Part shown: piece after piece, positions 32,627-41,035 of the stretch
Position numbering within the stretch: the first letter of the stretch is position 1
Layout: each line of letters begins with the position of its first letter
The notes under the pieces: generated by a model
The model's database searches: none
Told to the model about the DNA's origin: nothing
What the model saw: the letters and a program-made list of their open reading frames with translations, nothing else
Made by a program: the position numbers and the translations under genes
Source of the DNA: a virus
Lineage: Duplodnaviria; Caudoviricetes
Direction: 5' to 3' (one strand)
Length of the DNA: 45,016 nucleotides
IMG/VR virus record: IMGVR_UViG_3300037424_002632
Span: 1 to 45,016 of that record

Positions 32627-33013
32627 ATGGAATATCTGGTCATCTGGGGATTTTTCGGGATCCTTGCCGCCACTATCGCCGGCGGCAAGGGCCGCAGCGG
32701 CTTCAGCTGGTTTATCCTGGGGCTACTTCTGGGACCCTTCGCCCTGGCGGTGGCCTGCTTGCCGTCCTTGAAGCCGCAGTTCGTGGCGGCCGCCCCGGCG
32801 CCGGCCGCCGGCCTGGTGCCCTGCCCGGAGTGCGCCGAGCTGATCCAGCGCCAGGCCCGGAAGTGCCGCTTCTGCGGCAGTGCCGTCACCCCGCCGCCGG
32901 AGCCCAAGGACCTGGCCTGCTATCATTGTAATTGGCTCAACAAGCGCAGCGCCATTTACTGCTCCGACTGCGGCAAGAAGGTGCATTCCCCGCTGTATGA
33001 TTTTTTTAATTGA
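32627..33013 (+). CDS. Membrane protein with zinc-ribbon domains
   Basis: GGAGG RBS; IAGGKGRSGFSWFILGLLLGP TM hairpin; CPEC..CRFC and CYHC..CSDC. Confidence 0.85.
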   Translation: MEYLVIWGFFGILAATIAGGKGRSGFSWFILGLLLGPFALAVACLPSLKPQFVAAAPAPAAGLVPCPECAELIQRQARKCRFCGSAVTPPPEPKDLACYHCNWLNKRSAIYCSDCGKKVHSPLYDFFN

Positions 33014-33030
33014 AAGCGCCAAGGCTTCCC

Positions 33031-33082
33031 GTTCCTTCGGCCGGTCCGCCCCGACAGAATGCAGGCGGACCGGCCCCGGAAC
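33031..33082. terminator. GC-rich hairpin between convergent operons
   Basis: GGCCGGTCCGCC / GGCGGACCGGCC 12-bp stem extended by GTTCC/GGAAC; no adjacent U tract. Confidence 0.55.
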
Positions 33083-33085
33083 TGC

Positions 33086-33238
33086 CTACTTGTTAAAATA
33101 GTCCTCCGGCTTCTTGTCGATGAACGCCGCCCGGATCTGATCCGGGGTGGGTTCGCCCGATTCCTTCCAGGCCGCCAGCACCCCCAGCACGGTGTCAATG
33201 CCTAATTTGGCCAGCCAAGCCACCAATAGTGGATCCAT
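33086..33238 (-). CDS. Small hypothetical protein (50 aa), last late gene
   Basis: Not in ORF track; TAATG coupling; MDPLLVAWLAKLGIDTVLGVLAAWKESGEPTPDQIRAAF. Confidence 0.7.
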   Translation of the reverse strand: MDPLLVAWLAKLGIDTVLGVLAAWKESGEPTPDQIRAAFIDKKPEDYFNK

Positions 33239-33615
33239 TATTCCACCCCCAGAAGGTAAGGTGTCGCCGCGTCCAGGAACAGATCCAGGGCCGCCCGCAC
33301 CGTCGCAAGATTGGCCGTCCCGTCCGCCAGGAGGGCCTGGACCGCGGCGTTGTGCGCCTGCATATAGAGATTACCCAGCCGGATCGCTTTGGCCTTGGCG
33401 GCCGCCGGCAGCTTCCCCTGACGGTCCAGGAGGGCCAGGGTCTGGAAGGTTGAGTCGTAAATCTGCTTGTCCAGGTTCAGGGCTTGCAGCGCCTGAGCCT
33501 TGGGGCTCGGGGACGCTTGGGAGGTTGGGGGCGCCTGGGGGGGTGACGCGCAGGCCGCCACCAGGACCAGCAGTAGCAGTAGGGGCAACAGGACTCGGTG
33601 GGAGCGGTGCAGCAT
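33238..33615 (-). CDS. Lipoprotein, spanin-like candidate
   Basis: AAGGAG RBS; LLLLLLVLVAAC lipobox; end of lysis region. Confidence 0.7.
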   Translation of the reverse strand: MLHRSHRVLLPLLLLLVLVAACASPPQAPPTSQASPSPKAQALQALNLDKQIYDSTFQTLALLDRQGKLPAAAKAKAIRLGNLYMQAHNAAVQALLADGTANLATVRAALDLFLDAATPYLLGVE

Positions 33616-33886
33616 AAGGCAGCTCTCCTTTGATGGGGGGAGGCACCCCTTTGACGGAGGCCCCCCAGATGTAATCTATGATGGTGCTGGCCTTGGCCAG
33701 ATACCAACCCAGGGTGGTGCTGATAATCGTGTTGAGGAAGTTCCAGACCAGGCTATCCCCAGAACATTTCTCCCCAAATAACAGCACCAGCACGGTAACG
33801 AGAACCCCGTAAAGGATGGCAGAGAAGATGATCGCCAGACCCACGGTGAACTTGAATGCCTGCCAGGTTTGCGGCAGAAGTTTCAT
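33371..33886 (-). CDS. Holin-like membrane protein
   Basis: Two TM segments, TIIDYIWGAS motif; Pro-rich tail overlaps lipoprotein gene in another frame. Confidence 0.6.
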   Translation of the reverse strand: MKLLPQTWQAFKFTVGLAIIFSAILYGVLVTVLVLLFGEKCSGDSLVWNFLNTIISTTLGWYLAKASTIIDYIWGASVKGVPPPIKGELPYAAPLPPSPVAPTATAGPGGGLRVTPPGAPNLPSVPEPQGSGAASPEPGQADLRLNLPDPGPPGPSGEAAGGRQGQSDPAG

Positions 33887-33918
33887 TTATCCCCTCTTTT
33901 TCTGCACCGCGGTGGCCA

Positions 33919-34239
33919 CTACACCAGATGGGGATTTAGGGGGGCGTCTGGTGGCGTGGTGTCGAAAGGGACGATGAGGGCCTCGGTCAGGTCGGACAGG
34001 TTCCCCATGATGTCCTTGCAGGCCAGCATCACGAAGGTTTTGTCGCCGGCGGCGGGCGGCAGAAAGCCGTCGGCATCTTCCGGATAACGGTAGATCATGT
34101 CCGGGGCCGGGACTTCCTGGCTGGGGGAGTCATAGTCGATCCGCTCCGGGTCATCCCCGAAGAAAATCACGGTGCTGGCCAGGTCGGGGGTGATTGGCAG
34201 GTACCAGGCGAGTGCGAAACGTCCACCAACGATTTTCAT
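33919..34239 (-). CDS. Fibronectin type III-like protein
   Basis: LAW...TFVMLACKDIMGNLS..DTTPPDAP pattern; AGGAG RBS. Confidence 0.55.
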   Translation of the reverse strand: MKIVGGRFALAWYLPITPDLASTVIFFGDDPERIDYDSPSQEVPAPDMIYRYPEDADGFLPPAAGDKTFVMLACKDIMGNLSDLTEALIVPFDTTPPDAPLNPHLV

Positions 34240-34263
34240 GCTGCTCTCCTTTTCAGGTTAAAG

Positions 34264-34641
34264 TTATTGCCAAACCCATCCCAGACCCTCGGTCCATAAT
34301 TGAATCCAGGTGGGAGTCAAAGGCTTGATCCGAACGTAAAAATAGGTCATACCTTTCAGATTCCCGTCGGGGTAAGTGAACCCCGGGTCGGTTTCCGCAA
34401 AGATTTGGCCGGAATGGTTCATAAAGAAAAAATTGCCGGGTTTCCAGTATTGCGCGGCCATGGCCAGGCACTGCTGTTTGAGGCTGGCCGGCGTATGGTA
34501 AGACCCGTAGGTAGTGACGCACATGGCCACTTCGCCTTTGATCTGAATGAGGGTGACGTTTCCGGCCGAGAACACCTTGCTCTCGCCCCAGGCAGGGGCA
34601 GCAAAGAACAGAAGCGCCAGGATAATCCCGAGGATCTTCAT
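34264..34641 (-). CDS. Secreted hypothetical protein
   Basis: Signal peptide MKILGIILALLFFAAPAWG; ATGA overlap. Confidence 0.7.
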   Translation of the reverse strand: MKILGIILALLFFAAPAWGESKVFSAGNVTLIQIKGEVAMCVTTYGSYHTPASLKQQCLAMAAQYWKPGNFFFMNHSGQIFAETDPGFTYPDGNLKGMTYFYVRIKPLTPTWIQLWTEGLGWVWQ

Positions 34642-34955
34642 TTCAAGAACACCACCACGTTAAGGTAGGTTTGGGGGACCGGGCGGGGAGTGGGCTGCAC
34701 CATGCCCGTCACCGGGTCTTTGACCGGCTCGGCGCCAAGCATGGAGGTGACCAGGGCCACATCCGGGGTGCCGTACAGCGCCGCCCCCTGCTTGGCATTC
34801 TCCACCAGGGTGGCCAGCGGCAGGGTAACCGGCTGGGTCAGCTTGCCCACTGCCACCCCGGGACAAAGCAGCGTGACCTCGACCCCGGCGGCGGCAAAAA
34901 TCTGGATGACGGTGCAAAAGATGATGACAGCGGTTAACCCCAGAATCTTAGTCAT
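34638..34955 (-). CDS. Secreted/membrane hypothetical protein
   Basis: GGAGG RBS; N-terminal hydrophobic segment. Confidence 0.65.
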   Translation of the reverse strand: MTKILGLTAVIIFCTVIQIFAAAGVEVTLLCPGVAVGKLTQPVTLPLATLVENAKQGAALYGTPDVALVTSMLGAEPVKDPVTGMVQPTPRPVPQTYLNVVVFLK

Positions 34956-34973
34956 AGGTCCTCCGGTCAAATC

Positions 34974-35285
34974 TTATGGTTCTTCGTACTGCACGTCGGC
35001 GTCATCGACAATGGCGGTGAAGCTCTGTATATCAAACTGGATCAGGCCGGTGCGGATCGCCCAGGCGATTGCCTGGTTCATGCTCTTGACGCCAATTTTC
35101 AGCATGATGTGCTGTCGATGCGCCTCCACCGTCTTCAGCGAGACAAAATGCTTCTGGGCAATATCAACCGTTCTCATCCCGGAAATGTAATCGCGCAAAA
35201 CCAGGATCTCGGTCAGGGTGATGGGCGAGGCCTCCATGAGCTTGCCGCACTCCGGGCAGTAATAAATGGAGCTGCATCGGCCCAC
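34974..35285 (-). CDS. LuxR/NarL-type HTH regulator without receiver domain
   Basis: GMRTVDIAQKHFVSLKTVEAHRQHIMLKIGVKS...WAIRTGLI; N-terminal C..YYCPECG. Confidence 0.85.
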   Translation of the reverse strand: MGRCSSIYYCPECGKLMEASPITLTEILVLRDYISGMRTVDIAQKHFVSLKTVEAHRQHIMLKIGVKSMNQAIAWAIRTGLIQFDIQSFTAIVDDADVQYEEP

Positions 35286-35516
35286 CTACCGCACCTCCGC
35301 ACAGGCGGCGCGGAGAAATTGCCCCAACAACTCCTGGGCGGCCTGCTGGCCCGCCGCCTCCGATTCCAGGTGTTGGGCCGGGACCAGCGGTTTGAACGAC
35401 ACGATAAAGTGGCCATCCTCGGTGTGCCGGCCCACGGTCACAATCGTCCGGTCGCCCAGCTTTCCATTCAGCAGCCCCGAGGCCATGCGGGACCACTTCA
35501 GGGGCGGTAGCTTCAT
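35286..35516 (-). CDS. Hypothetical protein
   Basis: ATGA overlap with endolysin stop (MKLPPLKW). Confidence 0.6.
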   Translation of the reverse strand: MKLPPLKWSRMASGLLNGKLGDRTIVTVGRHTEDGHFIVSFKPLVPAQHLESEAAGQQAAQELLGQFLRAACAEVR

Positions 35517-36220
35517 AGCCGAGTCCTGGGAAGCTGAAAGTGCATCCCGTCGGGGGTGCTCCACCAGCCGCCCCACTCGAACCCGGCGTCGGTAAAGCAC
35601 ATAACGAATCCGGGGGATAAGGCAGGCTTCCGACCATAGGCGTTCGTGCCGGCGTTGAAATCCACGGCCAGGCCCCAGGCATGGACCGACCAACCGTTGC
35701 CGGAGGTCATGGGCCGGACACAGACGCAGCCGTCAAAGGTCTTCAGTTCCTTGGAGAAGCCACGGTCGATGAGGTTCTTGAAGGCCTGCCGCAGCGGGGT
35801 CTCCATGAGCTTGTGGGCGTATACCCGGCACAACCAAAGCTGACCCAGATAGTTCTTCACATGAGAAAAGGCGCCCTTAAATTCCGAGAAGTCGAGCACC
35901 GCCAGATAGGGGGCCGGATCCCGGGGCTTGCCGAAAAGAGAGGTAAGCTGGCTCTGCAAGAGGACCTTCCCGACGGGCAGGTTGGGTTCTTCGGTTTCGT
36001 CGTCCTCAGCCCCGGACTCTTGAAAGAGCTTTTGCCAGGTTTCCGGGCCCACGATCCCGTCAGCATCCAGGCCATTGGTTTCTTGAAAATCGATAACCAT
36101 ATCTTCGGTTAGCCCGCCGAAGTCATTGTCGACGACAAGCTGTTCCTCATAAATCTCGTTGAGCCTGGCCTGAACCTGGCCTACTTGCGGCCCTTTGGAT
36201 CCAAAGCGTAGAAGATTCAT
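35513..36220 (-). CDS. Endolysin: peptidoglycan-binding domain plus M15 family peptidase
   Basis: DNDFGGLTE..V.DFQ..NGL.ADGIVGPETW; SVHAWGLAVD; FEWGGWW..PDGMHFQ. Confidence 0.92.
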   Translation of the reverse strand: MNLLRFGSKGPQVGQVQARLNEIYEEQLVVDNDFGGLTEDMVIDFQETNGLDADGIVGPETWQKLFQESGAEDDETEEPNLPVGKVLLQSQLTSLFGKPRDPAPYLAVLDFSEFKGAFSHVKNYLGQLWLCRVYAHKLMETPLRQAFKNLIDRGFSKELKTFDGCVCVRPMTSGNGWSVHAWGLAVDFNAGTNAYGRKPALSPGFVMCFTDAGFEWGGWWSTPDGMHFQLPRTRL

Positions 36221-36258
36221 CCACTCCTCCCTCTCTTATCTTGGGCCGGATGTCCCGT

Positions 36259-36735
36259 TCATTCATCCCGGGGCAAATCTCGGGGGTCGATGATTTGTTT
36301 GGCCAGCAAGCCGTTGGTAATGCAGGTAATCCCTTTCCGGATACCCTTCAGTTCCTTAAAGAACATCTCCCGGTCAGCATGATGTTTGGCTTCCAAGGCC
36401 TCGATATCCTGTTTATTTTGCAGGCTCCGTTGATTTTCTTCCCCATGTTTCGGACAATTTTCCGGCATGGCACAGGCCAGGCCGGCCAGGACCATCCGAT
36501 CTAAAACCATTTCCGCCCGATCCCCCGCCATGGCTTTCCGATCCCCCGCCATGGCCTTGCGGTCCTCGGCCGCACTCACATTTACCGTCACCACGTCCTT
36601 GCCCAGGAATTTTTTGGCCAGTTGCACCAGCAACAACCCGGCCCCCTTACCGATGGAAATCATTAAGATAACGAGCAGCAACAGGATTTCCGTTTCATGC
36701 CCGGCGCAGATGCTTTTAAACAAGGTCCCCCCCAT
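36259..36735 (-). CDS. Single-TM protein before endolysin (holin-like candidate)
   Basis: ILLLLVILMISIG segment, charged C-terminus; internal 21-bp tandem duplication at 36518..36559 (DRKAMAG x2). Confidence 0.55.
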   Translation of the reverse strand: MGGTLFKSICAGHETEILLLLVILMISIGKGAGLLLVQLAKKFLGKDVVTVNVSAAEDRKAMAGDRKAMAGDRAEMVLDRMVLAGLACAMPENCPKHGEENQRSLQNKQDIEALEAKHHADREMFFKELKGIRKGITCITNGLLAKQIIDPRDLPRDE

Positions 36736-36767
36736 TACACCCCCTTTTCTCCTGGTTTTTAACTGGG

Positions 36768-37148
36768 TTAAACCGGGTCTTTGATCTCCCAGGCATCGTA
36801 GCCGGGGACCGACTGGTTGACGCCGGTGGCCATGTTATAGTTGGGCGCCGTGGTCACGGCCTTGATCGCAGCGTTTACCGTGTCGATGATCACCGCATGG
36901 TCGGCGACCCCATCCCCGGTGCCGGGGATCGTCTGGTCGGCCACGGACAGGCGCCGGCCGGAGACCACCCCGTCCCGGATCGTGTAAGAGCCGTTGCCGT
37001 CCCCCAGGTTCAGGGCCACAAACCCCAGGGAATAAAGGGCCACGTCGGCATAAGCCGCCGGCGCCTGGCTCACCAGGTGCAACTGATTGCCGTTGTCGGC
37101 GATATCGGCCAGGGCCAGGTCTTTTGACGCATCGTCCGCGTATTTCAT
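36768..37148 (-). CDS. Virion structural protein (tail-associated)
   Basis: AAGGAGG RBS before MKYADD; DGVVSGRRLSV...GVADH..WEIKDP pattern. Confidence 0.6.
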   Translation of the reverse strand: MKYADDASKDLALADIADNGNQLHLVSQAPAAYADVALYSLGFVALNLGDGNGSYTIRDGVVSGRRLSVADQTIPGTGDGVADHAVIIDTVNAAIKAVTTAPNYNMATGVNQSVPGYDAWEIKDPV

Positions 37149-37164
37149 CAAAGCCTCCTTAAAT

Positions 37165-37506
37165 TTAAAAAACCAGGAACATGCCGCAGTAACCCCGGAG
37201 ATCTTCGCAAGTGGTGGGGCTGACACAGGCGTCCGGGCTGGCCTTGGCCAGGTTGGAGCAAGTCGTGTCGCTTATGCTGTCGGCCGGCCGGGGCAGGGTG
37301 ATGGTCTCGCAGGTGGTCTCCGATACGCACGGATCGACTACTTCCGGGATATCCTCGCAAGTGGTTTCCGAGATGCAGGCGGCGGGGCCGACAGCGGCAG
37401 AATAGATCACCTCAAGCGGACCACCATCACCCCAATAGGCTAATTTGGTCGTCTGCTTATCGCTGGCGATTATCGGACCGTCTTCGCCCCAGCCTAAGAA
37501 CGCCAT
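37165..37506 (-). CDS. Protein with four Cys/Thr repeats
   Basis: CISETTCEDI, CVSETTCETI, SISDTTCSNL, CVSPTTCEDL; TGATG coupling. Confidence 0.7.
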   Translation of the reverse strand: MAFLGWGEDGPIIASDKQTTKLAYWGDGGPLEVIYSAAVGPAACISETTCEDIPEVVDPCVSETTCETITLPRPADSISDTTCSNLAKASPDACVSPTTCEDLRGYCGMFLVF

Positions 37507-39674
37507 CAGGCCACCCCGATATCGCTGTACCAGGCAGTCGCCCCGACATTAAGGCTCTCAAAGACCACTTCCAGGATAATGGCCCCTTTCTGTGATGGGG
37601 TCACCGTGTACGACACCTGGCAGAAGGCGTCATTGGTGTTCGGCATGACTTCTTCATGCTCGTTTGACACCAGGGCCCCGGAAGCTCCCGTGTACCAGCG
37701 TAAACGCATCTTCGGGCGGGTGAGAGAACCATAAGTGCTGTTCTTGCGTAACCAGACCGATATGGTCTTGGCTACCCCGGCCTCGCAGGGGATAAGATGC
37801 TTCCTGGTTACTATTGCCCCGGCTTTGCCGATCCAAACCTTAGCGCCCGGAGCGACGGTATGGTAAACCGCCATGTCCTGAGACACGATGCCGAAAAAAG
37901 TAGAATTACAGATTGCCTCTTGGTTATTGTTGGGGTTGCCATTTATGCAGGAAAATCCTATTCTGCCGGGTGACAAAGAGGTCCCGGGCCAAGTAATTAA
38001 TGCTCCGGCCCCAACCGTGGGGTTTTGAACAATGGCGTAGGTGTCGCCGGTATAGACGCAGAAATTTTGCACCCCACTGCCAAGCTGATCCAAGATTGGA
38101 TCAATAAGCCGCAATCCATTATTGGAACCGGTAAAGACCACTGCTGAGTTGGCCTCACCCGACCCTGTTGAAGCGTTCCTTAACCTGATTATAGTATTGA
38201 ACATGCTATAGCAGGTTAAACCTGCCCTGGTAGCTTCGGCAGTTTGTACGGTAAGATCGCAGTCGTAAAAATACCTATTGGCGGCAAACCCGCCCAACTC
38301 AGACACCATGTTGCCGGTGAACCTCCACCACCCGCCAGCCAGACTAAAGCGAGTCGTGGCCCGGAAACAATAAAACTTATCTAAGTTACAATCATAGGAA
38401 TTGTTGCTTACTGGATATGAGTAGTAATAACAACCCAATCTGGAGAAATTTGCAAAATACTGTTCATATCCAGAATGGAAAAAATTCACTCCCCCATTGC
38501 CGTTGATGAGGGTAAAGCCATCCTGTACGTTGTTGCTGGTATTGACTCCACCTTGAACCTCGATCCGATGACCGTCCGTCCCGATCATAGTGACCGGGGC
38601 AAAATAATTCTCGCCCGCCGCCGGAAGGTCGGCGGCGGCATAACGGGTCATCGACTTACCGGCCCCCGTGATCCCTTGGTAAGGCCGGTATAGGGTGAGG
38701 CCCCCGGAAGTGATCTCCTTGATCATGTGCATATCGTCATCGCCGCCGATCCTGACGATGGAATACTGGGCCAGGACTCCGGTCAGATCGTTGGTGGTGT
38801 TGACCGAGGCACTGCCGTTGGTCGCCGTGACTGTTCCGGCGCAAGCGGTTTCCGGGGTCTTGGCAAACCTGAGGATTTCATCAGAAACGTAATCCCCGGT
38901 CACGGTCTTTAAGGCCGTGGCCCAGGTGATCCCATCGTTCAAATTGTTGCCGTTAATGTTATCGAAATGCCAGAAGGCCTCTGCAACTGGGAAATGGCCG
39001 CCCCGGATAGCATTGATTTCGTAACGGGTCAGGTTAGAGTTCAAGCCGATGACGATCTCGTCCATCTGGCCGCTAAACTGCTTATTGGCCGTCAGGGTGT
39101 CATCAGCCCCGATCCTCCAACTATAGGTATTGGCCGACACCGCGCCGGAAGCACCGGAAACATAAATCATCGCCCCGGTGACGGCATTGTAAACCGAGAA
39201 ATAGAAAATCTGAGTAGCCGGGTCCACTGTGAAAATCAAGTGGTAAAACTGATTGGCCGTAAACTTGAAGGTCCCGCCGACAGTGACCGAAGACCCGCCC
39301 CGCTGAAACTGGATATTCGAGCTGCTGTGCCGCAGGGAAAACCCGCCCGAGGTAGCACCCTTGGCAAAGATCACCCGGTAGTTGCTATCTACGATGGTGG
39401 GCCGCAGCCAGGCCGCAAAGGTCAGGATGCCTGGGGTATAGCCGTTTTTGCCGGGCCAGTTTACCGGGAGATCGGCATCTTCAATTTTCAGGTATTGCTG
39501 GGAGGCTCCGGCCAGGGACAGGGCGCATGATCCCTGCTTGTAATTTACCGCGTCCTCGGTCGGGGTATTGACCAGGGTGCAGTTATACCCGTTCTTCGAG
39601 TCAACGCCCAGGGCCCCGGACTCGCAGTTGTAGACGGCCAGGATATCGCTTCGGGCGGAGAAATCGTTAGGCAT
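37506..39674 (-). CDS. Tail fibre / receptor-binding protein with LamG-like N-domain
   Basis: TFAAWLRP, WRIGAD, FSGQMDEI; NDGITWATALKT; beta-helix-like middle; 722 aa. Confidence 0.72.
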   Translation of the reverse strand: MPNDFSARSDILAVYNCESGALGVDSKNGYNCTLVNTPTEDAVNYKQGSCALSLAGASQQYLKIEDADLPVNWPGKNGYTPGILTFAAWLRPTIVDSNYRVIFAKGATSGGFSLRHSSSNIQFQRGGSSVTVGGTFKFTANQFYHLIFTVDPATQIFYFSVYNAVTGAMIYVSGASGAVSANTYSWRIGADDTLTANKQFSGQMDEIVIGLNSNLTRYEINAIRGGHFPVAEAFWHFDNINGNNLNDGITWATALKTVTGDYVSDEILRFAKTPETACAGTVTATNGSASVNTTNDLTGVLAQYSIVRIGGDDDMHMIKEITSGGLTLYRPYQGITGAGKSMTRYAAADLPAAGENYFAPVTMIGTDGHRIEVQGGVNTSNNVQDGFTLINGNGGVNFFHSGYEQYFANFSRLGCYYYSYPVSNNSYDCNLDKFYCFRATTRFSLAGGWWRFTGNMVSELGGFAANRYFYDCDLTVQTAEATRAGLTCYSMFNTIIRLRNASTGSGEANSAVVFTGSNNGLRLIDPILDQLGSGVQNFCVYTGDTYAIVQNPTVGAGALITWPGTSLSPGRIGFSCINGNPNNNQEAICNSTFFGIVSQDMAVYHTVAPGAKVWIGKAGAIVTRKHLIPCEAGVAKTISVWLRKNSTYGSLTRPKMRLRWYTGASGALVSNEHEEVMPNTNDAFCQVSYTVTPSQKGAIILEVVFESLNVGATAWYSDIGVA

Positions 39675-40556
39675 TTAGTACCCCCTGGAAAAGCTGACGT
39701 AATGGTACTTGGAGTTCTCGGCCGAGAAGAAGAACCCCAAGAAGTCCCGCTTATCCCCGGTGGCGGTCAAGGGCACCGGGAAGGTAAAATCGGTCCCGGC
39801 CACGATCCCCGCCCCGAAGGCCACCGCCCGGCCCCCGACCACATCCTGAATCAATTCCAGGGTGCATTTCTGCCCGTCGTAGGCCCCGGACATATTGATG
39901 GTCGTGGTGGCCCGGTCCAGGACTATCCGGGCATGGCTTCCCAAGGCCCAATTCAAGGCGATGGTATCGGCTGAGGCCGGGGCCTGAATCCCTTTCGCCA
40001 AGAGCCCTTCGATTTCTTCCAGCCGGGTAGCCAGTTGCGTAAAGGTCTTCGACCGGGCAATAGAAACCAGGCAGGCGGCATAATCCGTACCATCGAACAG
40101 GATATTTACCCCGGCATAGAGGGCCTTGGCGCTGGTGGTGGTGGTGCCGTTCCAGGCGAATTGCCGGCTGGTCGTAGCATCGGCGGACGTACCAATAATG
40201 GGGGTTCCCAGCCCATCGAGATTCAGGTAATACGTGCCAGCCGACCGCCCCACCAGGGACAGGGTGGTGGTGGTGGTCTTATGGTAAAAGGACCCGGCGT
40301 TGTAATAGGCCCCGGCTGCTACGACGATATTGGTGGAGGCGCCGGTGCTGAAATCATAACTGCCGACCCCGATCAGGCCGCGGCGGTCGAAGATTTCTTG
40401 CAGACCGAGGGGCACCAGCGCCTGGCCCCCGGTGACTCCGGTTATCAGGGTGGCCAGCTCGTTCAGCGCCGCTTCAACAATGCCGTAATTGGAGTTGTGT
40501 CGCTGCATATAGTCTGTCGTGCCGAACACAAACGCCTTGAATAGTTCATAGTTCAT
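39675..40556 (-). CDS. Minor tail protein
   Basis: G/T/A-rich; C-terminal LELIQDVVGGRAVAF...KRDFLGF domain typical of tail-associated proteins. Confidence 0.65.
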   Translation of the reverse strand: MNYELFKAFVFGTTDYMQRHNSNYGIVEAALNELATLITGVTGGQALVPLGLQEIFDRRGLIGVGSYDFSTGASTNIVVAAGAYYNAGSFYHKTTTTTLSLVGRSAGTYYLNLDGLGTPIIGTSADATTSRQFAWNGTTTTSAKALYAGVNILFDGTDYAACLVSIARSKTFTQLATRLEEIEGLLAKGIQAPASADTIALNWALGSHARIVLDRATTTINMSGAYDGQKCTLELIQDVVGGRAVAFGAGIVAGTDFTFPVPLTATGDKRDFLGFFFSAENSKYHYVSFSRGY

Positions 40557-41035
40557 AGTATTGGCCTCGATTCGATGATTTCAATAAGGCTGCCGCCGGC
40601 GTCAAACCGGCCCATGACCCCGTAGGGAAAAAAGCCGTAGCCGGTGTTCGCCACCAACTCCCCGAGCTCCCCGTAGGTCAGGGCTCGCACCTTGTAGCCC
40701 GCCATCTCATCCCCGATAACCTCGGCAATGTCATCCTCAAAACAGACATACATGATGTGCTGATAGCTCTTGAGGGTCTTGGACAGGCCGACGACCACGA
40801 AGCGGTTGTTCTCCTGCCGCAGGGCCACCGGCTTGCCCTGGTCGGCATAGAAAAGCTCTTTGTTGTTGCTGGCGACCGGGACGCTGCGTAGAATCTCGCT
40901 GCCGTCCCCCAGGTCCACGTCTACCGCCCAGGTGTAGCCGCTGGCGTCATCGTAGAGTTGATAAAAGGGCGAGACCGTGACGCCGGTAACGTCTCCTTGG
41001 GGCGTCCGCAGACTCAGAACATTGTCGATACTCAT
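40553..41035 (-). CDS. Minor tail protein (OB-fold-like)
   Basis: Coupled in tail operon; VDVDLGDGSEILRSVPV. Confidence 0.55.
   Translation of the reverse strand: MSIDNVLSLRTPQGDVTGVTVSPFYQLYDDASGYTWAVDVDLGDGSEILRSVPVASNNKELFYADQGKPVALRQENNRFVVVGLSKTLKSYQHIMYVCFEDDIAEVIGDEMAGYKVRALTYGELGELVANTGYGFFPYGVMGRFDAGGSLIEIIESRPIL

Noticed and set aside
36518-36559. 21-bp tandem repeat as a contingency or phase-variation locus
   Set aside because: Only two imperfect in-frame copies; ordinary slippage duplication.
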